DNA of 64,000 nt from Felis catus (taxonomy: Eukaryota): positions 100,814,001 to 100,878,000 of the forward strand of contig NC_058373.1 in NCBI RefSeq assembly GCF_018350175.1, written 5' to 3'. The notes beneath the pieces were generated by a model, which did not search any database, was not told where the DNA came from, and saw nothing but the letters and a program-made list of their open reading frames with translations. Below, piece after piece: positions 50,680 to 63,400 of this stretch (its first letter is position 1; the number at the start of each line of letters is the position of its first letter). The position numbers were made by a program, and so were the translations under genes.

Positions 50680-50859
50680 AGAGCACAAGTGGGGGAGGGG
50701 CAGAGAGAAGGAGAGACAGAATCTTAAGCAGGCTCTGCACCATCACCTCAGAGCCCAATGTGGGGCTTGAACTCAGGAACCATGAGATCATGACCTGAGC
50801 CGAGATCAAGAGTCCATCGCTTAACCGTAGCTTAACCAACTATGCCACCCAGGCACCCC
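50625..50859 (-). mobile_element. Can-SINE with (TTTC)n tail
   Basis: Reverse SINEC; TSD agttg(a/g)ccttc(a/c)tttt. Confidence 0.9.
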
Positions 50860-50869
50860 AGTTGGCCTT

Positions 50870-51330
50870 CCTTTTATTATGAATGAACAGTGTGATGCAA
50901 ACATAGAAATGGCTAGCATTATAATTGGGCGTGTTAATAGGAATAGTTTCCAGATCATGAGACCTCATAATCCCTTAAAAAGTTGCCTTGGTCAGAAAGC
51001 AGCTGCAATATCATGCCATAATTCTGATGCCGTAATTTAAGAGGCATAGTGACTAACTAGATTGTATCCAGAGTAGGGCATTCTGGTGAAGACAGTGTGA
51101 ATTCACGGTACCAAGTGAGTGGTTGCTGAACCTGAGGATGTCAGATGAGTACTTGAGGGAACAAAGTGCTACCTTCAAGTAACTGAATTGCTGTCCTACA
51201 GAAGAGAATTTCATACGACAGTTGTTCTGAATTGCCAAAGTGGGCAAGGATAATACCAATTTGCATTTTATTTCAATGTAATAGTTTTCTGGTATTGTAG
51301 GCACTTGCAATGGACTTGGCCGTCCCTTGA
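50870..51330 (+). mobile_element. CR1/L3 LINE 3' fragment
   Basis: cagtgtgatgc..ttgggcgtgttaataggaatag..ccttggtcaga..tttaagaggcatagtgactaactagattgtatccagag. Confidence 0.6.
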
Positions 51331-51520
51331 ATACCTGAAGGAATTGAAGAATGAAAAATGTGACCACATACCTGTATGAAAGGAGGTGTTGTTGTAACAA
51401 CAACACCTACACAGCACACCTTGCCGGGTACTGGTGTAAACACTTGCAAACGGTAAAGAGCAGGAATAGATGGCTCCCTTGGCTTCTTTCTCTAATATTT
51501 GGTGGTTCTGAGGATGTGAT

Positions 51521-51742
51521 TTTACTTTATTTTATTTTTATTTCAACGTTTATTTTTGAGAGACAGAGACAGAGCATGAACGGGGAAGGGACAGAGAGAG
51601 AGGGAGACACAGAATCTGAAGCAGGCTTCAGACTCCAAGCCATCAGCACAGAGCCCGACACGGGGCTCGAACCCATGAACCACAAGATCATGACCTGAGC
51701 CAAAGTCGGACACTTAAGTGACTGAGCCATCCAGGTACCCCT
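51521..51742 (-). mobile_element. Can-SINE (feliform type)
   Basis: Reverse SINEC_Fc; TSD tgagga(t/a)gtgatttta. Confidence 0.95.
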
Positions 51743-51959
51743 GAGGAAGTGATTTTAAAAAAGCATTGCTCTGGCTAACACCCTAAGACATTGCTATTCC
51801 CCTTCCCCCACTAATTCCATTTTTATGCACTTGCAGATTTCTGATTGAGATGATCCAGCTTATACTTTCAGAATGTTATACATTCAAAGTCTATTTTTAA
51901 GGACAGAAGGGCAGCGTTCCTGTTACTTTTTGCATCATCAGTCCTGGTTTAAAATTTTG

Positions 51960-52390
51960 TGTAATGGGTAAAAGTAAGAGTGTAGACTCCGAAACCAGAT
52001 GACCTGCTTCTCAACTGAACCACTTAAGCTGTGTACTTTCTGCATGTCAGCTTCTTCAACTATAAAATGGAGATCATGATAGGACCACTTCTTAAGACTG
52101 TTTTGAGGATAAAATGCTTATTCCATATAAACCACGCCATAGAATGGTGTTGGGCACATGGTATAATTTAAGTTCTTTAAGTTCTCCTTGCTTCCAATGG
52201 TTGTCAATAACATCACCTGCTTTTATTTTTCTATTCATTCATTCATCCGTCCATCCATCCATCCATCCATCCTATACATATTTGTTTTGAGCGCCCAACA
52301 TGGACCAGCACTGTGCTAGGAGATGAACATTTAGTTGTGAACGTGGCAGACATGGTCTCTGACTTTATAAAATTTGTAACCTAGCAGATT
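51960..52390. mobile_element. MIR (+, about 51960-52170) and L2 3' end (-, about 52230-52390) with (TCCA)n
   Basis: tataaaatggagatcatgatagg..gaggataaaatg; cattcattcatcc..gagcgcccaacatggaccagcactgtgctagg. Confidence 0.7.
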
Positions 52391-52391
52391 T

Positions 52392-52603
52392 TCTATTCTA
52401 TTTCATTTTATTTATCTTAGAGAGGGGGGAGGGGAAGAGAGAGAAAGAGAGAGAGAATCTTAAGCAGAGTCCACACCCAGCATAGAGCTGGATGTAGGGC
52501 TCCACATAGGGCTCCACGTGGGGCTCGATCCCTGGAACATCAGATCATGACCTGAGCCGAAATCAAGAGCTGGATGTTTTACCAATGGAGCCACCCAGGC
52601 GCC
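52392..52603 (-). mobile_element. Can-SINE with an internal gggctccac repeat
   Basis: TSD taacctagcagatttt. Confidence 0.9.
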
Positions 52604-53994
52604 ACTAACCTAGCAGATTTTTTTATGGAGCCAATACCAAAACCAGGGGAAGGTATTTTCAGTGGCTCAGCTAGCAAATTAATCAATAATGCTTATTAAG
52701 GATAATTAATAGTAGTCCTACAACATGAATTCTAGTAAAAACTCCACCCTCTGTGGTTCTTAATTTTACTAAAATCGAGTGTATGTGTGTTTGTGTGTGT
52801 ACGTGTGTGTGCATGTATGTCTTGTTTCTTTAAGAAAGTTTTTTAATCATGAGACTCATTGAGAGCCAGAAATCAAGCATGACTACCCACTCTGTGACCA
52901 TCCTCTCTCTTTGGTTATTGTTCTTGTCATTATTTTACTTTGGTTATTATTATTGTTGTCATTGATATTATTCTCTTACAGGTAGGTGAAAATTTTCTGG
53001 GAAAGTGGAGATTGGAAGGCTCAAACTCTGTAACTCTCCCCTTTTGGTGAAGTTCTACCAGAGGATACTACTAATTATAAGCAATCGAATGAACTGGTGT
53101 GATCTATCAACAGTGAAAGATATTTGAGTAATAATGAGAACACAGGGGTTTATAGTTTCTTGGTTAACCAAAGTCTTTAGCAAGCTCTCCAAGGGCAATC
53201 TCCTTTTCTGTGGAGACTGAATCCTTTCCCAGCCTTTAAAACACGGTGGAGTCTTTAAACTATTATTGGCAAGTTAAAGGATTTTGAGGTCTTCTCAAAA
53301 AAATGTTACATGCTGTTAATTGAACTGTCCTCTGTTAACACTTTAAGTAGAATAAATAGACGTATGTTCATGGGATTTGAGCTTGGAATTTCTTGGACTT
53401 GTGTAAATGTTAGAGCAGCTACTCAGATCTTAGAGCCATTTCCTTTGTATTCTGAGTTCAAATTGGAAGCTCAGCTTCTAACATGCCTTGGCAAGTCTTT
53501 CTTCTCTGCAATTAACACGTTCAGTTTAATACCAGTTAATCAAATGTCATATTACTTTTATGCCATTAACTTAGCTTTGCTACATACCATGAACATGTGT
53601 GTGTTTAACATTAAATTTGAATTAAAGTGTTATTTCTGAAGGGGTTTTTCCCCTCTTCTTCATTTTTTGAGTGAAACCATGACTTTGTGGCAAAACTACT
53701 AAGACAAACCTGTGATTTTCATTAAAAATTTTAGGGACAAACATTCTTTCCTAATTATAAGTATAGAGTGAGTGGGTCCAAGAATTTGTGTACCAATTTC
53801 AAAATGTCAGCTACACCCTTGTTTTTTTCTGTTTGCTCAAGCCAGTTGGATTCTTTAAGATCTTGAAAGAAACACATTTTCTTTTGATTAGTAACAGTGC
53901 ATCAGACCTGTTAAGTGCAGTCAATCAAGCAAGTGCACCCAATCCAGACCCCAATTCCAGGACACTAATGCACATATGAAGGGTTTTTAAATTA

Positions 53995-54490
53995 AATTTT
54001 CTACTTAAAATTTATGTTACATAAATTTTACCATTTTGACCATTTTTAAGTATGCAGTTCAGTGGCATTAAGTACATTCACATTGTTGTGCGTCCATCGC
54101 CAAAACTTTTTCATCTTCCCAAACTGAAACTGAACCCATTAAAAGTGGCTCCCCGTCTCCCCCTCTCCTAGCCCCTGGAAACCACCATTCTATTTTCTGC
54201 CTTTGTGAACTTGACTACTCTGAGTACTTGATGTAAGTGGAAGCTTACCATTATTTATCCTTCTGTGTCTCGCTGATTTCACTTAGCATAACGTCTTCAA
54301 GTTGCATGCATGTTGTAATGTGTCAGAATTTCCTTCCTTTTTAGGGCTGAATACTATTCCTTTATATACATACTATAATGTATTATATATATATACATAT
54401 ATATACATATATATACATATATATACATATATATACATATATATACATATATATACATATATATGTGTGTGTATATATATGTGTGTGTGC

Positions 54491-54534
<44 letters not shown>

Positions 54535-54830
54535 CCATTCATCTGTTGAGGGACATGTGGCTTGCTTTACCTTTAGGCTATTTCAAATAGTGCTCCTCCA
54601 GACATGGGTGTACAAATATTTTCTCAGTTCCCTGCTTTCAAATTTTTTTGGTTCTATTCTCAAAAGTGGAATTGTTGAGTCGTATGCTAATTCCATTTTT
54701 AAGTTTTCAAGGATCAATAGCAGCTGCAGTATTTTTTACATCCTGACCACTAGCTCACAGGGCTCCAATTGCTCCTTATCCTCACCAACACTTGTATTTT
54801 TTTAAATAGCCATTTTAATGGGTATGTACA
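53995..54830 (-). mobile_element. L1 (L1MA/MB-type) 3' end containing a long (TA)n/(TATATACA)n tract at 54384-54530
   Basis: accatttttaagtatgcagttcagtggcattaagtacattcacattgttgtg..agcccctggaaaccaccattcta. Confidence 0.9.
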
Positions 54831-55945
54831 AAGGCTTCAAAACTGGTATTGATGTACTATTGTGGCCTTCTATATGCAGACACCAGGGGTACAAAATTAA
54901 ATATTTTTTACTGGATATGTGCCAAAATGCCAGATTTCCTAACTATGTATCCCTGTCGTAAATTTAGCTTCAAATATAGCATTTTAGTAAGTAACACATC
55001 TTAAGGTATAATAGAATAGTAGATGCATTGACTAAAAATATCTAACAAGTGGAGGAAAGAAAAAATAAAGATGAACAGCTGAAGACCTCCAAATCGAACA
55101 AGAGATTCTTCCCGACTGGTATTTGAAATGTGCCAATTAATGGTTAGGGTTTCGGGGTACTTTTCAAAACCCATTAGATATGTTATGATGTAACTTTGTA
55201 ACTTATATTAAATCAAAAGAGAAAAAAATACTTAATAACATGCTTGTTTTTGAAGTCAGAATATATACAGCAGTGTTTGTTTTTTACGAGCTATTGTTAA
55301 AGCTCCATAGCTTTGGTTTTACAAATACATTTGGTATATGACAACACATTCCTATGTTTATGCCCTTTTCTCCCACAGGCTTTTCACCATTTTCAAGGTT
55401 CATTACCCTGACCTGAACTCCCAGTTTTGCCCTGGTAGAAAGTGGATTACTTCATTAGCAATCCAGAAGTGCCAGGTGAAAATCTATCTAACATCTACCT
55501 CTCTGGAACAAATATGCCCAGGTTACTGGTAATATACACATGTGGTATCGTTTTTCCATTATTTGGAACATACAGAACTAAATTAATAACAGTTCTTACA
55601 AGACCCTGGGGGTTTGTGTAAAGGAATTTTGATCTCCTTAGGAAGGGCTCGCCAGTACTCTCAGGAGAGATGCACTTGACTTTTGACCTCTTTTCAAAGG
55701 CACCTGTGTGAGCTTTTAAAATCCACTACCACCAATTATCCACTTTCAACCTGAAGTGTTTAAACCTAGGGCCACATTAACTGAGCTTAGCACATAGCCA
55801 TGTCATTGTAGACTTCCTGATGTGAGGCGATGTCTTGACATAGTTAAAAGGGAGTTTAGGGATGGGGCATGAGATTAATCAGGTCCTCCTACTGACAGCT
55901 TCAAACAAAGAAGCCTTTTAGCCACCTGGTTTGTGTCTCTCACAC

Positions 55946-56247
55946 CTGCATTCAGATTGCTGGGACAAAGCTTTATACCACTGCCTTGATCCCATTCTTT
56001 TTGGGTACTTGTTTGCGGCATTGCTGCTTCCCTTAATGGCTCTTTCAAAAAGACAGCACAGAAGATGCAAATAAACAGCTTCCTCATTTGGGGAAAAGCA
56101 GCACTGGCAGAATTGCAGCCATTTAGAAAATCGGTTCATAATCGACTTAGATGAAATCCTGTGTGTACTTCTTGAAGACTTTTGGAAAAGCCACAGTTCA
56201 TGGTATATTGGTGTTACATGCATCGTTCTTTCTTCTGCTATCACGTT
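55946..56247 (-). pseudogene. Candidate large 5' exon (302 nt; may extend to an ATG at 56407)
   Basis: aatttccaag|AACGTG...TGCAG|gtgtga; open for 100 codons (track ORF 55918..56244) and ends in phase 2, matching the 47.7 kb candidate. Confidence 0.3.
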
Positions 56248-57009
56248 CTTGGAAATTTAAACCAGGGTGAATATAGATTTCTCTCTCTTTGCTTCACCTC
56301 ATTGTCCGTTGGCTTCTTTGGCAGTAAATGTGGCTTTGACTGCAGTCTCTGTGCTTATTAAATGTAGTATTTTTACTTTTTACTTCTGATGCAGAGGACT
56401 GCAGCATCGTGGTACTAAGTTATCACAGCACACCAGGAGGGTAACTGAGACTGAGATTCCAGTTGACTAGCACAGCTCTCAGCCTTCGCATGCTGCAGAG
56501 TTTCATCAACCGCCAGTGTCTACACTGTTCGCCGTAACCAAGTAATGCAGAAATATTAGAGGCCTGGTTGAGTTCATATTCGATGCCTGGTTTAAATCAC
56601 CGATGTTGTAAGATCTGGCCATGGACTAAAATAAAATTCCAAATGTTTTCTGGTTCTAGTTTTTGATATTTTTTTTTTTCGTATGAAAAGTAAAACCATA
56701 CAGAATCTCTTGATTGCACAATGGAGCACAGTTCCAGGGCCATGCTAATAATTTATCCCAGTTTAGCCTTCACAGAGTTATGCAATGGCTATTTCAAATG
56801 CACTCGTCCAAGCCATCTGATCTTGAGGTTCAAGAGTCATTTTGCTGAACAGAGTGGAGTCTCCTCTCCATTAGGTGTTTGGCAGGAAAGACAACCTGCT
56901 ACTCTTCTGTGGAGAACTAGGTTTCTTTACGTTTCTGCCTTCAATTGTTTTAACTGCTTATATTGCCCCAATAGCTATCTAGTGCTATATCAATGGTCAC
57001 TCTGGTATT

Positions 57010-57250
57010 AATAATAACTACAACAACAGCAACAGAAATGGTAATGACAAAGAATATGTGTCAGGTATTATGCTAAGAATTTTATGCATTTTCCCTCATC
57101 TACTTCTCTAAGCAACCCTATGAGAAAGAGACAGTGATGAGGAAACTGAGGCTCAGAGAAGAAAGTAACTTGCCCAAGTCATAAACATCTTAAGTGGGAG
57201 AGGCAGAATGTGAAGCCTGACACTCTGATTCTGGAATCCATGCTCTTAGT
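57010..57250 (-). mobile_element. MIR SINE
   Basis: gatgaggaaactgaggctcagagaagaaagtaacttgcccaagtcata. Confidence 0.9.
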
Positions 57251-57565
57251 TAGAGTATTATTTAAAAAGTCCCACATCTGTGCTAAATTTTGAAAGTGAG
57301 AACTAGCCTATCTACATTTCACGTTGAAGAAAATCACAGAAGGAAGGGAAACTGCCAGAGATGGATGTGCAGGAGTTTGGAGTATCATTATTTTCTATTC
57401 TTGATTTTCTCCTTTAATAGTAAGGAAATGGTATAAAGTGAGGAAAAAGGGATGTGATATTCCCTCCCACCACACAGACACTTTTGATAATAATGAAAAG
57501 TTCCTGTCTAATACAGTGAAGTTGAATGAATAGAAATGAAATATTTATTTCCTTTTTATTGATTT

Positions 57566-57568
57566 TGC

Positions 57569-57600
<32 letters not shown>

Positions 57601-57688
57601 GTAATCTCTACACCCAACATAGGGCTTGAACCCATGACCCCAAGATCAAGAGTTGCACTGTCCCATGACCAAGATTGCTGGGCGCCCC
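57566..57688 (-). mobile_element. Short Can-SINE
   Basis: (TTTA)n tail, taagtaatctctacacccaac..gggcgcccc; TSD ccttt(t/c)tattgatttt. Confidence 0.85.
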
Positions 57689-58867
57689 TCCTTTCTATTG
57701 ATTTTGGAAACACATTGTTTTTTTGTAAACTTTTATTGGAGCATAGGTGACATTATGAAAATGTTGTCAGAGTGATGTTTGCAGATTGATGACAACTAGT
57801 ATTTATCCCATAATTAAGTTAGTGACCTGTCTTGACCTATAGACAATGTCTCCCATCTCAGTAATGGTGAAGAGTCTACACTGAACTTGGAAGGCTGTTG
57901 AGGAAGAAATAGGTTTGGTGCATGTGTGTGAGTGTCAATTTGTTTTTCAGTCTTTAGGCCTGGATTCACCCCTTTCTATCTCTGTTTCACAAGCTCGGTG
58001 GGAAAGGAACAGTCAGTAACAAATAGGTATACCTCGTTTGCAGATACCCAACCCCACCAATCATTTCGTGGATTCACTCTTGATGGTGAGGTTTCTGTGC
58101 AGACACAAATGGGTCACTACAGAAGTTCCCAAGAGCATACACACAGTAATGTTACCAAAATGATGCTTCAGGAAGCCAGGAGAGCAGGCAGACAATTGTC
58201 ATTTCAGTGTTGCCACCTAGTGAAATCACCGTCCAGTTCGTTCTCCTAGCTCCTCCTTTGCCTGCCCAGCTCACCTCTGTCAACATATTAATATACCACC
58301 AAGAAAGGATTTTAGGAACCAGAGCTGGAAAGACCTCTAGGTCAAGTCCTCCATTCCTCTGTCAAGCCTGAGAGAGCCTCCCACGCTGTGAGCCCTCTCT
58401 AGTTTTTCCTCACCTTAAAATGTCTTGAGCCTAAATTGTCCTTTCTTACCTCTATCCCATTACTTCTAGTTACAACCTCCTTTGTCATGCCAATTAATTT
58501 CCCTGTCCTTTGTAGACAATTATACATCTTTAGTCCTTCCTTGGATTTCATTCTCTGATCCCCCCAGATCCCACCCACATAAGACAACCCCTCTGGCCAT
58601 TCCGTAATTATGTTTGACTTGCCCTGAACTCTATACACTGTGCACCTTTCTCACTGTGAGGTCCCCAAAGCTTGAATGGTTCCTCCTGAGTGTGGAGCCA
58701 GTATTATCTTTCTTTCTTAATGTGGGCTACTGCTGCCTGCAACTTCAAAAAGTGGTATATGAGTTTTCTTTGGCTATGAGATTGCCTTTATAGAGAACAT
58801 TCTTATTTGATTATTTGTACACATTATTTGTACACCAGGCCTGGGATCATGCTGCTCTCTAAATCAT

Positions 58868-59385
58868 CACTGTCCAGTCAAAATGAAACATGAGCTGCAC
58901 ATGTAACTTTTTAACTTTTCTAGTAGTCACATTAAGAAAAGTAAAAAGGCATATATGAGATAAATTTTAATAATATTTAACTTAATATATCAAAAATTAT
59001 CATTTCATCATGTAATCAATATTAAAAATTATTAATGGGGTATTTAAGTTATTTTTTCCTTACTAAATCTTGTAAGTCGATGTGTGTTTGATACTTTCAG
59101 CACACCTCAATTCTGATACTATATATTCATCAAAATACAGTACTTCATCTGGATTTAGATTTCATAAAATGTACTATGGAGGGAGTAGAGTTAAATGCCA
59201 GGTTGTTTTGGACATACTTAAAAGTTGTCCAATAACTAAATTATCAGTTTTTCTATTTAATTTTAACAAATGAAATGAAATGAAATGAAATGAAATGAAA
59301 TGAAATGAAAATTCAGCACCTCAGTTTCATTTAGTGCATTTCAAGTGCTCAAATGTGGCTGATGGCTACCATTTTGGACAGTGTT
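58868..59385. mobile_element. Charlie1/MER33-like hAT element containing (GAAAT)n at 59268-59310
   Basis: cactgtccag..ttttctagtagtcacattaagaaaagtaaaaag..catttcaagtgctcaa..tggctaccattttggacagtg. Confidence 0.75.
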
Positions 59386-60485
59386 CTCTAAATCTGCCAT
59401 GATTCTAAGTGCTTCCTTCTCACACATGTAACTCAGCTTCTGTTTCCCCAGGGCGAATCTTACCTTTTGGATTTTTGACCACATGCACTGCTTTGGGGGA
59501 AGGGGGTTTTACTTTTGTTTTCCCCTTTGAATTTTGACGAGGCATCTACTTTGTTGAAGGTTTTTGTAATATAAATTCTTATGTTTAGGATTATATTTCA
59601 AGATTTAATGTTATGGTTAAGAGACACAAAATTAGTATACCATCATGAAAAGATCTTAGAAAACAGAAGTGAAAAGACCTGTAAGACATGCAGGCTTGAA
59701 AATAGTGGCCTAGTCCTGGCTTTAAACTGAAATACAAATGTTCTTTCTTTACTTTGTCAAAGAAATGCCAATGAAGCTTATAGAATCAATTAGTTTACCT
59801 CACAGGCTTTATCAATATTTGTGTAGCTTGAGCCAAGGACACTAAATCTTGTTGTTTGGCTAATCTTTGCATTGCATGCTTAGTAATAATTCGGATTGTG
59901 TTGTAGTACTTGTAATCATGAAGGGTAAGCCTTAAGCATTCCAAACAATATTATTTCAAACAAAAGCTTAGGAAGAGAAATAATTTAAAGTGCTGGCGAT
60001 TCCCAGTGACCCCAAGGTGCAGCCTGAAACTTGCATTATAAAGAGAAGAGCTTGTCTCAAACAGTGGGGCTGAGCACAGTCTGGAGGGCCTTAATACATT
60101 TAGTTGATTAATGCTATCAACATAATAGCTGGTTAATACTAGTATTCCAAAGGGTTCTGTGCACCAGTCCTTCCTCTGAACCTTGGTCCATGCTTTTCAA
60201 AGGACATTTACTCATTTTAAAGTGAAAAAAATTTTAACTTATCTCTTTTCTTAAGTACTATTCCAAACTCCCCCTGATTCTTTTTCTCTCTGTCCTTGCA
60301 TGCACATCTTTTTTCCCATTACTCAAATGATTACACTGCAAATGCTTTTCCTGAATTAATATTTTACTTGTTTTCTTTGCTGTTCTATGGCTCCCATGGT
60401 CTCTATTTTATCCACCTGCTTCACATTTTAGATTTTAAACTTGCATTCAAAATGTTTCACAAGGTTGTTTTTTTTCCTTTACTAC

Positions 60486-63400
60486 TTTATTTTATTTTAA
60501 TTTTTTAATTTACATCTAAATTAGTTGGCATATAGTGCAACAGTGATTTCAGGAGTAGATTCCTTAATGTCTCTTACCCATTTAGCCCATCCCCCCTCCC
60601 ACAACCCCTCCAGTAACCCTCAGTTTGTTCTCCATATTTATGAGTCTCTTCTGTTTTGTTCCCCTCCCTGTTTTTATATTACTTTTGTTTCCCTTCCCTT
60701 AGTTCATCTGTTCTGTGTCTTAAAGTCCTCATATGAGTGGAGTTATATGATATTTGTCTTTCTCTGACTAATTTCGCTTAGCATAATACCCTCTAGTTCC
60801 ATCCACATAGTTGCAAATGGCAAGATTTCATTCTTTTTGATTGCCGAGTAATACTCCATTTTATATATATTCCACATCTTGTGTATCCATTCATCCATTG
60901 ATGGACATTTGGGCTCTTTCCACACTTTGGCTATTGTTGATAGTGCTGCTATAAACATTGGGGTGCATGTGTCCCTTCGAAAAAGCATACCTGTATCCCT
61001 TGGATAGATACGTAGTAGTGCAATTGCTGGGTCATAGGGTAGTTCTATTTTTTATTTTTTTGAGGAAACTCCATACTGTTTTCCAGAATGGCTACACCAG
61101 CTTATATTCCCACCAGCACTGAAAAAGAGATCCTCTTTCTCCACATCCTCACCAACATCTGTTGTTGCCTGAGTTGTTAATGTTAGCCATTCTGACAGGT
61201 GTAAGTTGATATCTCATTTGTGGTTTTGATTCGAATTTCCCTGATGATGAGTGATGTTGAGCATTTTTTCATGTGTCGTTGGCCATCTGGATGTCTTCCT
61301 TGGAGAAGTGTCTATTCATGTCTTTTGCCCATTTCTTCACTGGATTATTTGTTTTTTCGGTGTTGAGTTTGATAAGTTCTTTATAGATTTTGGATACTAA
61401 CCCTTTATCTGACATGTCGTTTGCAAATATCTTCTCCCATTCTGTCAGTTGCCTTTTAGTTTTGCTGATTGTTTTCTTCGCTGTGCAGAAGCTTTTTATT
61501 TTGATGAGGTCCCAGTAGTTCATTTTTGCTTTTGTTTCCCTTGCCTCCAGAGAGGTGTTGAGTAAGAAGTTGCTGTGGCCAAGATCAAAGAGGTTTTTGC
61601 CTGCTTTCTCCTCGAGGATTTTGATGGCTTCCTGTCTTACATTGAGGTCTTTCACCCATTTTGAGTTTATTTTTTGTGTATGGTGTAAGAAAGTGGTCCA
61701 GGTTCATTCTTCTGCATGTCGCTGTCCAGTTTTCCCAGCACCACTTGCTGAAGAGACTGTCTTTATTCCATTGGATATTCTTTCCTGCTTTGTCAAAGAT
61801 TAGTTGGCCATACGCTTGTAGGACCATTTCTGGGTTCTCTATTCTGTTCCATTGATCTGAGTGTCTGTTTTTGTGCCAGTACCATACTGTCTTGATGATT
61901 ACAGCTTTGTAGTATAGCTTGAAGTCCGGGATTGTGATGCCTCTTGCTTTGGTTTTCTTTTTCAAGATTGCTTTGGCTATTCGGGGTCTTTCTGGTTCCA
62001 TACAAATTTTAGGATTGTTTGTTCTAGCTCTGTGAAGAATGCTGGTGTTATTTTGATAGGAATTGTGTTGAATATGTGGATTGCTTTGGGTAGTATTGAC
62101 ATTTTAACAATATTTGTTCTTCCTATCCAGGAGCATGGAATCTTTTTCCATTTCTTTGTGTCTTCTTCAATTTCTTTCATAAGCTTCCTATAGTTTCCAG
62201 TGTATAGATTTTTCACCTGTTTGGTTAGATTTATTCCTAGGTATTTTATGGGTTTTGGTACAATTGTAAGTGGGATTGATTCCTTGATTTCTCTTTCTGT
62301 TGCTTCATTATTGGTGTATAGGAATGCAACTGATTTCTATGCATTGATTTTATATACTGTGACTTTGCTGAATTCATGAATCAGTTCTAGCAGTTTTTTT
62401 GGTGGAATCTTTTGGTTTTTCCATATGGAATATCATGTCATCTGCAAAGAGTGAAAGTTTGACCTCCTCCTGGCTGATTTGGATGCCTTTTATTTCTTTG
62501 TGTTGTCTGATTGCAGAAGCTAAGACTTCCAATACTATGTTGAGTAACAGTGGCAAGAGTGGACATCCCTGTCTTGTTCCTGACCTTAGGGGAAAAGTTC
62601 TCAGTTTTTCCCCATTGAGGATGATATTAGTGGTGGGTCTTTCATATATGGCTTTTATGATCTTGAGGTATGATCCTTCTATCCCTACTTTCTTGAGGGT
62701 TTTTATCAAGAAAGGATGATGTATTTTTTCAAATGCTTTCTCTGCATCTATTGAGAGGATCATATGGTTCTTGTCCTTTCTTTTATTGATGTGGTGAATC
62801 ACATTGATTGTTTTGCAGATAATGAACCAGCCCTGCATCCCAGGTATAAATCCCTCTTGGTCATGGTGAATAACTTTTTTAATGTATTGTTGGATCCGGT
62901 TGGCTAATATCTTGTTGAGGATTTTTGCATCAATGTTCATCAGATAAATTGGTCTATAGTTCTCTTTTTTAGTGGGGTCTCTGTCTGGTTTTGGAATCAA
63001 GGTAATGCTGGTTTCATAGAAAGAGTTTGGAAGTTTTCCTTCCATTTCTATTTTGTTGGAACAGCTTCAAGAGAATAGGTGTTAACTCTTCCTTAAATGT
63101 CTGGTAGAATTCCCCTGGAAAGCCATCTGGCCCTGGACCTTTGTTTTTTGGGAGGTTTTTGATTACTAATTTGATTTACTTACTGGTCACAGGTCTGTTC
63201 AAATTTTCTATTTCTTCCTGTTTTAGTTTTGATAGTGTATAGGTTTCTAGGAATTTGTCCATATTTCCTGATTGCCCATTTTATTGGCACATAATTGCTC
63301 ATAATATTCTCTTATTATTGTTTTTATTTCTGCTTTGTTGGTTGTCATCTCTCCTCTTGCATTCTTGATTTTATTTATTTGGGTCCTTTCATTTTTCTTT

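Noticed and set aside
6578..51730. Many ORFs with WVAQSVKRPTSAQVMIS-like text
   Set aside because: Translations of Can-SINE copies
54302..54805. 167-aa ORF
   Set aside because: Reads through a (TA)n microsatellite in antisense L1
56527..56538. GTTCGCCGTAAC as an RFX X-box
   Set aside because: Too short and mismatched against GTNRCC(N0-3)RGYAAC
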